From positions 1-52,836 of the IMG/VR virus record IMGVR_UViG_3300040770_000629: 52,836 nucleotides of DNA. One strand, written 5' to 3'. Every line of letters starts with the position of its first letter. The stretch's first letter is position 1. Shown here in pieces: positions 1 through 9,845 of the stretch. Made by a program: the position numbers and the translations under genes. Source of the DNA: a virus (lineage: Duplodnaviria; Caudoviricetes). The notes beneath the pieces were generated by a model. The model saw only the letters and a program-made list of their open reading frames with translations. It was not told the DNA's origin and ran no database searches.

Positions 1-579
1 ATGAATAAAACTTTGAGAATTGCTTTCTTAGGAATGACTGAAGATGAAGTCAAAACCCAAGAGCCAGAAGAAGTCAAGGAAGAGGATCAACCTACAATCG
101 TCATGACTGGTCCTTTGTCAGAGATCTACACCAAAGCTTTGTCTGTAGTCTATGCTAAGAAAGACACAGTGACCAATGAAATTGTTTTTGAGTCTCAGGC
201 TAACGATGCCATCAGAACGATTCATGCAATCCAAGCAGCTTATGGTCAAACTGTCCCACAAGGGGTGGCCACCATTGCCAGACAAATTGAGTCTAATAAT
301 TTCAAGCCTTTGAAGAAAAATGTCAGAGCTTATGTAGTTGACTACAGTATGCTGACAGACTCAAATATTGCTGAAGCTGCTAATGATAACTTTCTCAATT
401 CTAGTTTAAACGACAATAGCGATAATTATTTCGTGGTTGACTATGAGTACGATGCATCCAAAGGTAATACAGTTGTTTTCGATGAGTCTTACTTCTCAGC
501 CATGGAAGCGCGCTGCGAGAAACTTAACATGAAGTTTGTCTTCGGTATGGAGAGCTTTCTTAATCGTTTAAACGCTTAA
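1..579 (+). CDS. hypothetical protein, probably virion-associated
   Basis: 192-aa ORF from ATG at position 1, co-directional and tightly coupled to the next gene; no recognisable motif. Confidence 0.7.
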   Translation: MNKTLRIAFLGMTEDEVKTQEPEEVKEEDQPTIVMTGPLSEIYTKALSVVYAKKDTVTNEIVFESQANDAIRTIHAIQAAYGQTVPQGVATIARQIESNNFKPLKKNVRAYVVDYSMLTDSNIAEAANDNFLNSSLNDNSDNYFVVDYEYDASKGNTVVFDESYFSAMEARCEKLNMKFVFGMESFLNRLNA

Positions 580-591
580 GGGGTGGCCACC

Positions 592-1815
592 ATGGAGAAA
601 AACGTTAAGTCTATCTTTGATGAGGAATGCTCGCATGTACGCATCGACGCTGAACTGATCAAACGAATCAACCAATACCAAATTGAGTTTGTCAACAAGA
701 ACGAAGACCACATGACGTTCTTCGGTGGTAACTTGACTGGTGTGCAAATTGTCAGGTTTACAACACAGGACAAAGAAAAGTGGTTCAACGATGTTTTAAG
801 AATCGATGACATCACCATTGAAGAGCGTGTCCTAGAGTTACCTACTATCAACGCCAACCGACATGTCTCTAGCGATATCTTCAACATCTCTGTGTTATGG
901 GTGATTCACTCTATTCTTAACTCACACATGCTGACAGACAAGCAAAAAGAAAATGGTTGTATTGACGCTGCACTGGTTTTGAACTATAAGTTTCTGACCA
1001 GTTTATTGTTCAGGTACTACAAGTACGCAGCTGATCCTGATCTGGCAGAAGCAGCTTACTCACAACTGAGTTTGAAGTTTATCCTGAAACAAAAAGGCAG
1101 TTGGTCAGCGACTCTTTTGTACAGAGCTGAGAACCTCTTAGACCCTCAAGGGATATGGAGCAGTACACTCAAGGAGTTGGACAGCGACAAAGACCTCGTA
1201 GAGTGTTTAAACGATACTCAGGGTCGGATCAGAGACATGATGAAAAACATCTACAGTGTTTTAGTCGATGTCAAAACAAAAGGCCTCAAAGTCAAAAAGA
1301 CCTCTTCAACCATTGAGTTTGAAGGTCAAGAGATTTTGAAGGACAAAAACAAAAGCTTGATCAACTATACCAGATACTTGCACTCAATCATCACAGACCC
1401 TAACTCGTTCATCAAAGATGAGTTACTGGAGATTGTTAAAAGTATTCAGCACACCATGCCTCCAAAGTTGCTGATCAAAACGCTCGATTGGGTTTCACTT
1501 AACTACAGGAAAAATGGCGCTGCTGAGATTGATGAACTGGTTGATCTTTGTTTGACACACAGTTTTAGTTATATCGGCAACCACAGAAACTTAGTGAGGG
1601 AAACAAATGATCTGGCTAGCCTTGTTACGGTTATTAGGGGCGTCTATATGTCATCCCGTTCGTCTGATTTGGAATTACTTAGGGTTCGGGAAAAAGCCCA
1701 AACCGTAGTAGCCAAAGCAACAGGCATTACCAACGAGAGCATCATTGCTAGTGTTCGTACAGGTTTGTTGCTCTACATCATCCTTCGTGCGTATTCGATG
1801 CACTACTACAGTTAA
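592..1815 (+). CDS. conserved phiKZ-like virion structural protein
   Basis: ~407-aa ORF (ATG 592; alternative GTG 583) directly upstream of terminase; function inferred from context only. Confidence 0.6.
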   Translation: MEKNVKSIFDEECSHVRIDAELIKRINQYQIEFVNKNEDHMTFFGGNLTGVQIVRFTTQDKEKWFNDVLRIDDITIEERVLELPTINANRHVSSDIFNISVLWVIHSILNSHMLTDKQKENGCIDAALVLNYKFLTSLLFRYYKYAADPDLAEAAYSQLSLKFILKQKGSWSATLLYRAENLLDPQGIWSSTLKELDSDKDLVECLNDTQGRIRDMMKNIYSVLVDVKTKGLKVKKTSSTIEFEGQEILKDKNKSLINYTRYLHSIITDPNSFIKDELLEIVKSIQHTMPPKLLIKTLDWVSLNYRKNGAAEIDELVDLCLTHSFSYIGNHRNLVRETNDLASLVTVIRGVYMSSRSSDLELLRVREKAQTVVAKATGITNESIIASVRTGLLLYIILRAYSMHYYS

Positions 1816-1829
1816 CGACTGCAAAACAA

Positions 1830-1874
1830 ATAAATCATTCAACAGCCTTGAAGAAGGTTTGTTGAATGATTTAT
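1830..1874. terminator. intergenic stem-loop
   Basis: perfect 15-bp arms ATAAATCATTCAACA (1830-1844) / TGTTGAATGATTTAT (1860-1874). Confidence 0.65.
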
Positions 1875-1932
1875 GTTTTACTTACAAAGCTTGTAAATTT
1901 ATATACACAAGCTGTCTAGGATAATTTTTATT

Positions 1933-4149
1933 ATGATTTTATTTCAAAAAGATTGGTCTTTGTTTCCAACAGCAATTATTGACACAGAGACAACCAATAG
2001 AAGCTTTGTCAGACAAGCTATGGTTTACAAACAAATGGGTGTTAAAAACAATGCTTTCATTTTAGCGTTGGTAAACCCAGATCTGCAAGGTGTTGATCCT
2101 TTCAGTAAGAACCTGACACCTCATCAGGAATTTTTGATTGCTTTGGAATGCAAGATCAACCCATGGTATTTTTTCCGAGAGATAGCCAGAGTACCTTCCT
2201 CGGGTAGTTTGACTGCAACACCTCTTGAAGCCAATCGCGGTAACATCGCTTTGTTCTGGCTCTTTTTTAACCACATTACTTTGTTTCTGATTCAGATTCG
2301 TCAGACGGGTAAGTCTTTGTCAGTCAATACCTTAGCGACTTACCTGATCAATGTTCGCTGTGTTAACACGCAGATTAACTTGCTCACTAAAGATGATAAT
2401 CTGCGATCAGATAACATTCAGCGTTTGAAAGACATTGACTCTGAGTTACCGCACTACTTGAAGCAAAGAACGAAACGCGACGCGAACAACACTGAAGAGA
2501 TCACGATCGGATCACTCGGTAATAGTTTTAAAGCACACGTTCCACAAAAGTCTCCTAAAGCTGCGCTTAACGTAGGTCGTGGTTTGACCAGTCCAATCTT
2601 CTTGATTGACGAGGGTCCCTTCCAATCGAACATTGGTATCTCCATGCCAGCAGCTCTGGCTGCCGGTACTGCTGCTCGTGACATTGCAAGGGTTAACGGT
2701 GATCCATACGGCACCATCTTGACAACCACTGCCGGTAAGAAAGATGACCGTGATGGTAAAGAGATCTATACCAGGTTGTCTCAATCAGCAGAGTATTCTG
2801 AGAGATTTTTTGATTGCCACGATACTACAGAGCTTGAGGCAATGATTGTCTCGAACTGTCCAGGCGGTAAGCTTCGCGTGAACTGTACGTTCAATCATAA
2901 GCAATTGGGTAAATCAGATCAATGGCTTCGCAAAGCTATTGATGAAACTGAAAACAATGACCCTGAGTCCATCGATCGGGACTTCTTTAACGTTTGGACT
3001 TCTGGTACAATGACATCACCTTTGACTGTCAAAGTTCTTGAAGAGATGAGAAAGTCTGAACAAGAAGAGTCTTACATTAGCATTGACCCTCCTTATGCAT
3101 ATTTAACAAAATGGTTTATTGATGAAGCAGATATTGAAAAACGCATGGCTTCTGGTCACTACGTTATGGGAATGGATACCAGTGACGCTTCTGGTGGTGA
3201 CGATATATCTTTGTTTATTACTGATGTATCTACAGCTGAAACTATCGCCGCTGGAACATATAACGAAACAAACCTTATCACCTTCGCACAGTGGTTATGT
3301 ACTTGGTTTACTCGGTTTGAAAATCTAACCTTGATCATCGAGAGAAAATCTTCAGGTGTTGCAATTATTGATTACTTGCTTTGGATGCTTCCTTCTTTAG
3401 GGATTGATCCGTTCAAGAGAATCTTTAACACAGTGGTCAACGATCACAAAGAGAACCCTGAAAGATTCAAAGAGATCAATGTTCCAATGGGTCGCAGAAA
3501 CAAAGATGTTTATGTGATCTACAAGAAAAATTTTGGTTTCGCTACTGCTGGCTCTGGTATGGCTAGTCGTTCAGACTTGTATTCGAACACGCTCCAGCTG
3601 GCTGCTAAAAAAGCTGGTGACAAGATCAAACACAAACTGACGATTAACCAAGTCACGTCACTGGTAACAATTAACGGGCGAGTAGACCACATGCCTGGAG
3701 AAAACGACGACATGGTGATTGCGTGGTTGCTTTGCTTCTGGTTGATTACCTTGGGTAAGAACTTGACGTTTTATGGAATCGACAGTAGAAATATTTTCTC
3801 TGAAGTAGACCGTAAAGAAATCAAGACGGCTCAAGAATACATGGTCAACCAAGAGCAGCAAGAAATCAGGCAGAAGATAGAAGGTCTCTATGAAGAGATC
3901 GACAAAGAGCAAGACTCGTTTGTGATTCAAAAGCTTGAACACACACTTCGAATGCTCAACAGGCAACTGGTCTTGGAAGACGGTGAAATATTTTCTGTTG
4001 ATGAGTTGATTAACTCATTGAGAGAAAAGAAAAGAAACGCCAGAAAAGAATACAGACCTATGGACGATCGATTCAACAAAATGCAAAGAGACTATAGCAC
4101 TAATATCCGTTATAGAGGTGTCAACTCCAACGATGTAGTGACATACTAA
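1933..4149 (+). CDS. terL: terminase large subunit (phiKZ gp25-like)
   Basis: Walker A RQTGKS, Walker B FLIDE, coupling motif TTT, nuclease acidic motifs MGMDTS and DDMVIA; 738 aa, uninterrupted. Confidence 0.93.
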   Translation: MILFQKDWSLFPTAIIDTETTNRSFVRQAMVYKQMGVKNNAFILALVNPDLQGVDPFSKNLTPHQEFLIALECKINPWYFFREIARVPSSGSLTATPLEANRGNIALFWLFFNHITLFLIQIRQTGKSLSVNTLATYLINVRCVNTQINLLTKDDNLRSDNIQRLKDIDSELPHYLKQRTKRDANNTEEITIGSLGNSFKAHVPQKSPKAALNVGRGLTSPIFLIDEGPFQSNIGISMPAALAAGTAARDIARVNGDPYGTILTTTAGKKDDRDGKEIYTRLSQSAEYSERFFDCHDTTELEAMIVSNCPGGKLRVNCTFNHKQLGKSDQWLRKAIDETENNDPESIDRDFFNVWTSGTMTSPLTVKVLEEMRKSEQEESYISIDPPYAYLTKWFIDEADIEKRMASGHYVMGMDTSDASGGDDISLFITDVSTAETIAAGTYNETNLITFAQWLCTWFTRFENLTLIIERKSSGVAIIDYLLWMLPSLGIDPFKRIFNTVVNDHKENPERFKEINVPMGRRNKDVYVIYKKNFGFATAGSGMASRSDLYSNTLQLAAKKAGDKIKHKLTINQVTSLVTINGRVDHMPGENDDMVIAWLLCFWLITLGKNLTFYGIDSRNIFSEVDRKEIKTAQEYMVNQEQQEIRQKIEGLYEEIDKEQDSFVIQKLEHTLRMLNRQLVLEDGEIFSVDELINSLREKKRNARKEYRPMDDRFNKMQRDYSTNIRYRGVNSNDVVTY

Positions 4150-4159
4150 AAATTTAAGG

Positions 4160-4206
4160 GCATATCTCCTACTACCGAGCAATTAAGCTTAGTAGTAGGA
4201 GTATGC
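4160..4206. terminator. stem-loop at convergent junction, probable bidirectional terminator
   Basis: GCATA-T-CTCCTACTAC ... GTAGTAGGAG-TATGC. Confidence 0.7.
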
Positions 4207-4224
4207 ATTTATGCCGTCTGTATC

Positions 4225-5916
4225 TTAGACGTTGTAGATCGGAAGACCTGCAACACCAAGCTTGACATCAGCTGACGGTGTTCTGTAGATGAACTCTACA
4301 AACATCGTATCGTTAGTTACAATACCAAAACCTACCTGCAAGTTCGCATTCCAGCTTGCGATACTGAACTCAGCAGAAACAGGTCCGTTTTTGATGATAA
4401 AGAAGTTAGGCCTTGGAGGAGTCAGTTCTTTTTGCGTATTGGTAATCGGTTTCGTTGCAAAGTAAGTTCTCTGCAGCCATTCCTCAAACGTAGCAATCCC
4501 TGAGTCAATGCGAACAATGTTCAAGTTAGCATTGACATAGTTGACAGTAGCTTTCAAACCAATACCGTAAGGAGGAGTTTGCAGCGCGTCAAAACCAATG
4601 GTCCAGTTCGTTGCTCTTGCATCACCAGGCTCTAGCAACGTAATTGCAATCGTCTGTGCGTGAATGTAAGATCTGAACGATCCATTGATATCTCTGAGGT
4701 TGATACTGACCGACAAGTTCTGTAAGAACCCGTAAGCTTTTGGCTGGAAGGGTCCTGTCTGAGCGTTGAATCTGACCAGCTCAGTCACATTGTACGAAAC
4801 ATCTCTGTCAAGTGTATACAAGAACCAATTCATCTTGTAACCCAGAGCAGTTCCTTGCCACACAGGGAAGCCAAACAGCTTGACCGCATAAGCACCGTCT
4901 TGTTCCAAAGCCAACAAAGTCAGACGTTTGGTGACAAACTTCTTTTCATTGACAGTGACAGCGCCGTAGACAACTTCGTCGGCACCAACCGTGTAAGACA
5001 AAACTAGATCCACTCGTTGACCAACCACAGTTCCCAAATACTGCTCAAGACCGAAGATCTTAAACTTGGTATTATCCACTGGCATTTTGATGCTGGTGCC
5101 GTCAGAGTAGTTGACGATACCGAACAGGTCAATACCAGCTAAAGGAACGTTGACAGGAAACTCAATCAAGCTATCAGTCGTAGAAGACAAGAACGGCGTC
5201 TGAATGCTTAATCCAGTAATGTACTTCTGAGCCGAATTGATCGAACGAATGAACGCTGTGTTCTCAACGAGCAACTGGCGCTTAGAAACCACATGACCCA
5301 CGTCATTGTAAATCACACAAGTGACCAGCTCACCATCTTCCAAAGCTTCCCGTGTATGACAGACACCGACAACCTTGATCGAGTTATTGGTGTGTGAGTC
5401 AATCGCTGCTAATTCCAAAGGAATGTTCAGCGTCAGCAATGTTCCAGATTGGTCAAACAAGGCACTGATCAAATTGAGTGTGTTGGAGACATCAGAACCC
5501 TTGAAGATTCTGGCGTAGCTCGAAGCACTGCCACCGACCTTGAGTCTTGCATCCACGGCAAGCACGTAAGGAAGCACAGACGTATCCAGATAAACTCTAT
5601 ACGTGTCTGCTTGAGTTCCAGGACCCACGCCAAACAAAATATCGTCGTCTGTCATACTACCTGAGAGTGTTTGAGTCACGGCTCTTAAGTCAGCAATCAA
5701 AGTCACAGGGTCAATGTCTTCTACTTTGTACACAGCGTAGATTTCTTTGTCCATGACGTAGTCGCCAATCTTAGGAACATAGCGTTTCGCTCCTAAGGTG
5801 CCGACGTAGATTTCACCGAGTTCCCACCAGCACCATCTAGCACTCGGATCATAGACGGGTGTTACGCCGTCTGTTCCCGTAATGCCTGCCGTTGAAATGA
5901 TTATTGGAGTTGGCAT
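4225..5916 (-). CDS. virion structural protein, probable baseplate (phiKZ gp26-like)
   Basis: 563-aa beta-rich ORF between terminase and sheath; synteny typical of phiKZ relatives. Confidence 0.65.
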   Translation of the reverse strand: MPTPIIISTAGITGTDGVTPVYDPSARWCWWELGEIYVGTLGAKRYVPKIGDYVMDKEIYAVYKVEDIDPVTLIADLRAVTQTLSGSMTDDDILFGVGPGTQADTYRVYLDTSVLPYVLAVDARLKVGGSASSYARIFKGSDVSNTLNLISALFDQSGTLLTLNIPLELAAIDSHTNNSIKVVGVCHTREALEDGELVTCVIYNDVGHVVSKRQLLVENTAFIRSINSAQKYITGLSIQTPFLSSTTDSLIEFPVNVPLAGIDLFGIVNYSDGTSIKMPVDNTKFKIFGLEQYLGTVVGQRVDLVLSYTVGADEVVYGAVTVNEKKFVTKRLTLLALEQDGAYAVKLFGFPVWQGTALGYKMNWFLYTLDRDVSYNVTELVRFNAQTGPFQPKAYGFLQNLSVSINLRDINGSFRSYIHAQTIAITLLEPGDARATNWTIGFDALQTPPYGIGLKATVNYVNANLNIVRIDSGIATFEEWLQRTYFATKPITNTQKELTPPRPNFFIIKNGPVSAEFSIASWNANLQVGFGIVTNDTMFVEFIYRTPSADVKLGVAGLPIYNV

Positions 5917-5931
5917 AAATCAATACTTTCC

Positions 5932-8529
5932 TTAAACTGGTTTTAAACTTAAAAAGGGTGACAAGCTAACGTAATCGCCTGTATAGATCTTTGTCACTTT
6001 TTCAAGGAACTTGTAACTAAACAAATCAACTTCGATAACCGTGTTCAGGTTGTGAGGATGAACAATCACAAAATTACCATCAACAGGGTTGACCTGCTGT
6101 GAAGGATCAAAGAAGAGCAAGTTCTCATAAGGTGCACAAATAGCTCTGACTGCATCAGAGTTGATGACGTTTCGAATATCATCAGTGGTGATGACACCGT
6201 TGATCAGATCGTAAATGATTGCACACAGGAATGGGCTATAAAGCGTGTAACGAGCAACAATTGCACTAGGTGCAGAAATCACCGGTTGTGGAAGCTTAAT
6301 AGTCAAGTAGCTACTGACTGCTTGATCGATCAACACTGATTTTTTCTTCAAGATAAAACTAGGTTGTGTACTCAAGTATTTCAAAGGAACTACCACATCA
6401 CGCACGCTGTAAGGCTTACCATTGGCTACATTCAAAATACTGACTTGGTTGGTCGTCTCTGAGAACAAGAGATCTTGTTTGGTCTTGAGCATACCGTCCA
6501 CGACAATACGAATAACCCTGTCGTCCCTGAGGTCGTACTTGTTATTTCTTGACAATGTTCCTTGCTTGATAAACCCAACATCACTCACAGGACTCAAGTT
6601 CAATTGCTCATCACAAAAACTCGTGAAGCGAACATGGATCTTTTGAAGTTTGTTTAATGGATCATCCAAATACTCTTTATTGACAATACACACTTCTGGG
6701 AACTTGACAATGTAGTCTAAGTTTCTGATCAGTGGCTTGTTGTTTAAAAAGATATCCAACTCACCCATAGGAACATACATACGTGTCGAGACAATGTCGC
6801 CATTGATCTGACCCGTCTGACTTAAGTTAAACCTGAGTTCACCACCACCCATTGACAATTCAAAATTATAAGCTAAGAATCTCTTCTCATCTCTGATCAT
6901 GAACTGACCGTTAGTTTGATTGTCAGAGCGTTTGAAGTAGCCGTCCACGACGACATAATCGTTCAAAGCCGTAACGTCTGTCCAACCAGTTGTAATAGCA
7001 GGTTGTGCTGATGGATTGAAATAAACTTTGAATGCTTGAGTTGGATCAACAGGGATTGAATCAACACCAGTTCTGTCTGAAACAATTTGACTACCCAACC
7101 CACCCACGAGTTCTACAATCTCTGTCAGTGGATTTCTAGTCACGTACAAAGAGCCAACAAACTGTTGGTGATACTCTAAGAGTCTACCTTGAGCATCATA
7201 TTCGTAAGCAGTCATACCTGTTTGTAAACCATACGGAACATCAATAACTCTTCGTTGAGAAAAGTTATAAGGTCTAGCAGGTGTGTTACCAACAATTTTA
7301 CTGATCAAGTTGTATCCGTAAGCTTCTTGAACCAACTCATTGGTAATGTCGCAGCAATCTTTACCCATCAGTTCAGTGTAAGCTGAAGCTTCGAGTACTT
7401 CGGCTTTCCAATTGTCTACGACAGCATCCAAACCAACCATGGCTCTGACGATTTCAACTTCACTGAGTTTATACAGATCGTTGATGCGATTAGATTCTTC
7501 TAATAAATCTCTGTCGTAGCCTGCTTTTCTAACATGCAACCGAACGTAGAGATTTTCAAACACGATGGTGTTTGACGCATTGATACGCAAAGCCTCATCT
7601 CTGAGTTCATCAAAGTAACCTAGAACGTAAGGTGTTGGTACAGAGTAGTCTCTGTGTGTGACCATTCGCATCGAATCGTCTTGGTTCTTGTGGTAGTACA
7701 AACCTTTGTGTTTACCGTTGACCATAGGGTCCAAGATAAAGATATCGATGTCGTCACGATAATCAATCGTGCCATCATCAGCGCCTGCGTAGTGGAGCAG
7801 ATACTTTCTCTTCAAGTCCATAGTGCTGTTAAACACATTGAGGTCGCTGATCTTGAAATCAAATACCTTCTTGATGGAACTGTCGTAGACAAACTCACAA
7901 AAATCACCAACTTTAGCACTTAGCAAATCGATGTCACTGACTTTGAAACCATTAACAAACGCATAAGTCAAACCTGGCTTTGTCTTGTAAGTGTCGTAGA
8001 GCATCTGAAACTCAAGCAAATTACTCATCTGGCGAGGTGTAGTGCCAGCGGTAAACACTCTGTCTACGATAGCATCCGAACGAAGCGACGCAAAGTAAGC
8101 GTTTGTGTACAACCGAAGATAAATATTGTCTTCATCAAAATCATAAGCTAAGAAAGGATTCTTTCTGACAGCCATGATCAAGTTACGGTCGGAGTTGAAC
8201 ATGTAAAATGTATCGTACCGTGGAAGCTGAAGACCACTGTTGACATAAATGTCGCAAATCATTTTGCGTTCATTCATAGCAGCAGAGAAGTTTTGCCACA
8301 CATCCATTTTTGGAAGCAACCCAATGATCATGGGATGCAGCTGACCGATCTGGTAGATATGCCAGTTCGTGCGATTATCAGGCATGTTGGTTCTGCGCTG
8401 AGCAATCGTTAAATAGCGACTAACTCCTCCTGGTGGTGTAATCCTTTTTGGCTCAAGGATTAATTGTCTGTCCTGCTCTGGACTGCACCAAACGTTCTTA
8501 AGAGCGTGGTCTTTTAAAAAATCATACAT
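5932..8529 (-). CDS. virion structural protein, probable baseplate (phiKZ gp27-like)
   Basis: 865-aa ORF, N-terminus HALKNVWCSPEQDRQ recalled from this family; synteny. Confidence 0.7.
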   Translation of the reverse strand: MYDFLKDHALKNVWCSPEQDRQLILEPKRITPPGGVSRYLTIAQRRTNMPDNRTNWHIYQIGQLHPMIIGLLPKMDVWQNFSAAMNERKMICDIYVNSGLQLPRYDTFYMFNSDRNLIMAVRKNPFLAYDFDEDNIYLRLYTNAYFASLRSDAIVDRVFTAGTTPRQMSNLLEFQMLYDTYKTKPGLTYAFVNGFKVSDIDLLSAKVGDFCEFVYDSSIKKVFDFKISDLNVFNSTMDLKRKYLLHYAGADDGTIDYRDDIDIFILDPMVNGKHKGLYYHKNQDDSMRMVTHRDYSVPTPYVLGYFDELRDEALRINASNTIVFENLYVRLHVRKAGYDRDLLEESNRINDLYKLSEVEIVRAMVGLDAVVDNWKAEVLEASAYTELMGKDCCDITNELVQEAYGYNLISKIVGNTPARPYNFSQRRVIDVPYGLQTGMTAYEYDAQGRLLEYHQQFVGSLYVTRNPLTEIVELVGGLGSQIVSDRTGVDSIPVDPTQAFKVYFNPSAQPAITTGWTDVTALNDYVVVDGYFKRSDNQTNGQFMIRDEKRFLAYNFELSMGGGELRFNLSQTGQINGDIVSTRMYVPMGELDIFLNNKPLIRNLDYIVKFPEVCIVNKEYLDDPLNKLQKIHVRFTSFCDEQLNLSPVSDVGFIKQGTLSRNNKYDLRDDRVIRIVVDGMLKTKQDLLFSETTNQVSILNVANGKPYSVRDVVVPLKYLSTQPSFILKKKSVLIDQAVSSYLTIKLPQPVISAPSAIVARYTLYSPFLCAIIYDLINGVITTDDIRNVINSDAVRAICAPYENLLFFDPSQQVNPVDGNFVIVHPHNLNTVIEVDLFSYKFLEKVTKIYTGDYVSLSPFLSLKPV

Positions 8530-8551
8530 GGTAAAGCCTAAAAAATAGTCC

Positions 8552-8595
8552 CAGCTATTGAGTCAGCAAGGCTGACCCCGCTGACTCAATAGCTG
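8552..8595 (-). terminator. intergenic stem-loop
   Basis: perfect 16-bp arms CAGCTATTGAGTCAGC / GCTGACTCAATAGCTG; T-run follows on the minus strand. Confidence 0.7.
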
Positions 8596-8615
8596 AATGT
8601 TTTTATGTCAAAAAC

Positions 8616-9554
8616 TCACTTGTCGTCAAATTTACCAGACACATCGTTAGCTAACGTTACGAAAGCTTTGACAAACGATGTGTCTTTGTTGTAGCGCTCA
8701 GAGATTCTGCACAGGTTAGAGTTTCTAAAAGTTCTCTCTGACAACGCCGTATAGATCACACTGACCCATGTGGGTGGATGCTCTAAGCTTACAGCCATGA
8801 TGTCTGCTGCGTTGGTTCCAAACCAGCTGTTCTTCAGTACAGTGATCAAGAAGCCAGCATTGAAGTCAACTAATCTGCTATTTTGCAAGATAGACTTTAC
8901 TGCGTCACAGAACTCTATAACGCTAGAAATCTTATTGACTTTGTCGGTTGTCTCGTAGACAATCTTCGCTGGTGCTCTTGTGACTTTCATACAAACAGAA
9001 TTCATCTTCTCTTTGGTTTCGTTGTCAAACTCGTCGACAGGTAAGAACAAAGATTGATAATAAAAGGCAGAAAGAATCGAAAGCTTGAGCTGATCCAAAG
9101 GATCTAATGCAAAACGATGAGAGATACCCTCACTGATCCAACTTGCAAATACACTGCAAGGTAGCATGGATAAACCAGAAATACTTTGAGGACCGTTGAC
9201 AATCCATGACTTGGTCATGATCATGCGTGCTTCAGCGAGTTTGTATTCGCTGGTATTTCTGACAATGATGGAGTCTTCACCGCTTCTACCATTGTCTACT
9301 CTGACAAATGGTCTCATGTCCATACAGAGATATTTGTTACCATCAACCGAAGTAACTTCAATCGGATGAACAAACGCAGGCACATTCTTTTCTGAAGACT
9401 CTACTCCTGCAATCATCTTCAGGTAAGGTTGTTCCTGGGACTTGTCATTGACGAAGTCCGACAAAACCAATGTTTCTTTCAAAGCAAGATCAACTTTAGA
9501 GACAACAGAGTTTTTACCTACGGTTGTCTGGTAAGGTGTTTTAAAGATACTCAT
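8616..9554 (-). CDS. virion structural protein (phiKZ gp28-like)
   Basis: 312-aa ORF divergent from the sheath gene; synteny. Confidence 0.65.
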   Translation of the reverse strand: MSIFKTPYQTTVGKNSVVSKVDLALKETLVLSDFVNDKSQEQPYLKMIAGVESSEKNVPAFVHPIEVTSVDGNKYLCMDMRPFVRVDNGRSGEDSIIVRNTSEYKLAEARMIMTKSWIVNGPQSISGLSMLPCSVFASWISEGISHRFALDPLDQLKLSILSAFYYQSLFLPVDEFDNETKEKMNSVCMKVTRAPAKIVYETTDKVNKISSVIEFCDAVKSILQNSRLVDFNAGFLITVLKNSWFGTNAADIMAVSLEHPPTWVSVIYTALSERTFRNSNLCRISERYNKDTSFVKAFVTLANDVSGKFDDK

Positions 9555-9845
9555 GGTTTTCTTTCTCTTCTTTCTTGTAATGTGATTTCAAAATAACGCA
9601 CATTATTTGACTGTTCATCAATTTTATGTAACATAAACAAACAATGTATTTTTTTACTTTAAATCAAAAGGAGTTTTATGGATAGGCGCAAACCAACTAT
9701 GCGATAAACCCATACCACAAAACCCTCTCAATAAATTATTCGTCGATTAGATCCAGGCGTAGCCTCAAGCAGATAGTTTAAATTACTATGATGCAAAGCA
9801 CAACCACGGCATCTTTTTAACTCATAGGATTCACAAGGATTAAAT

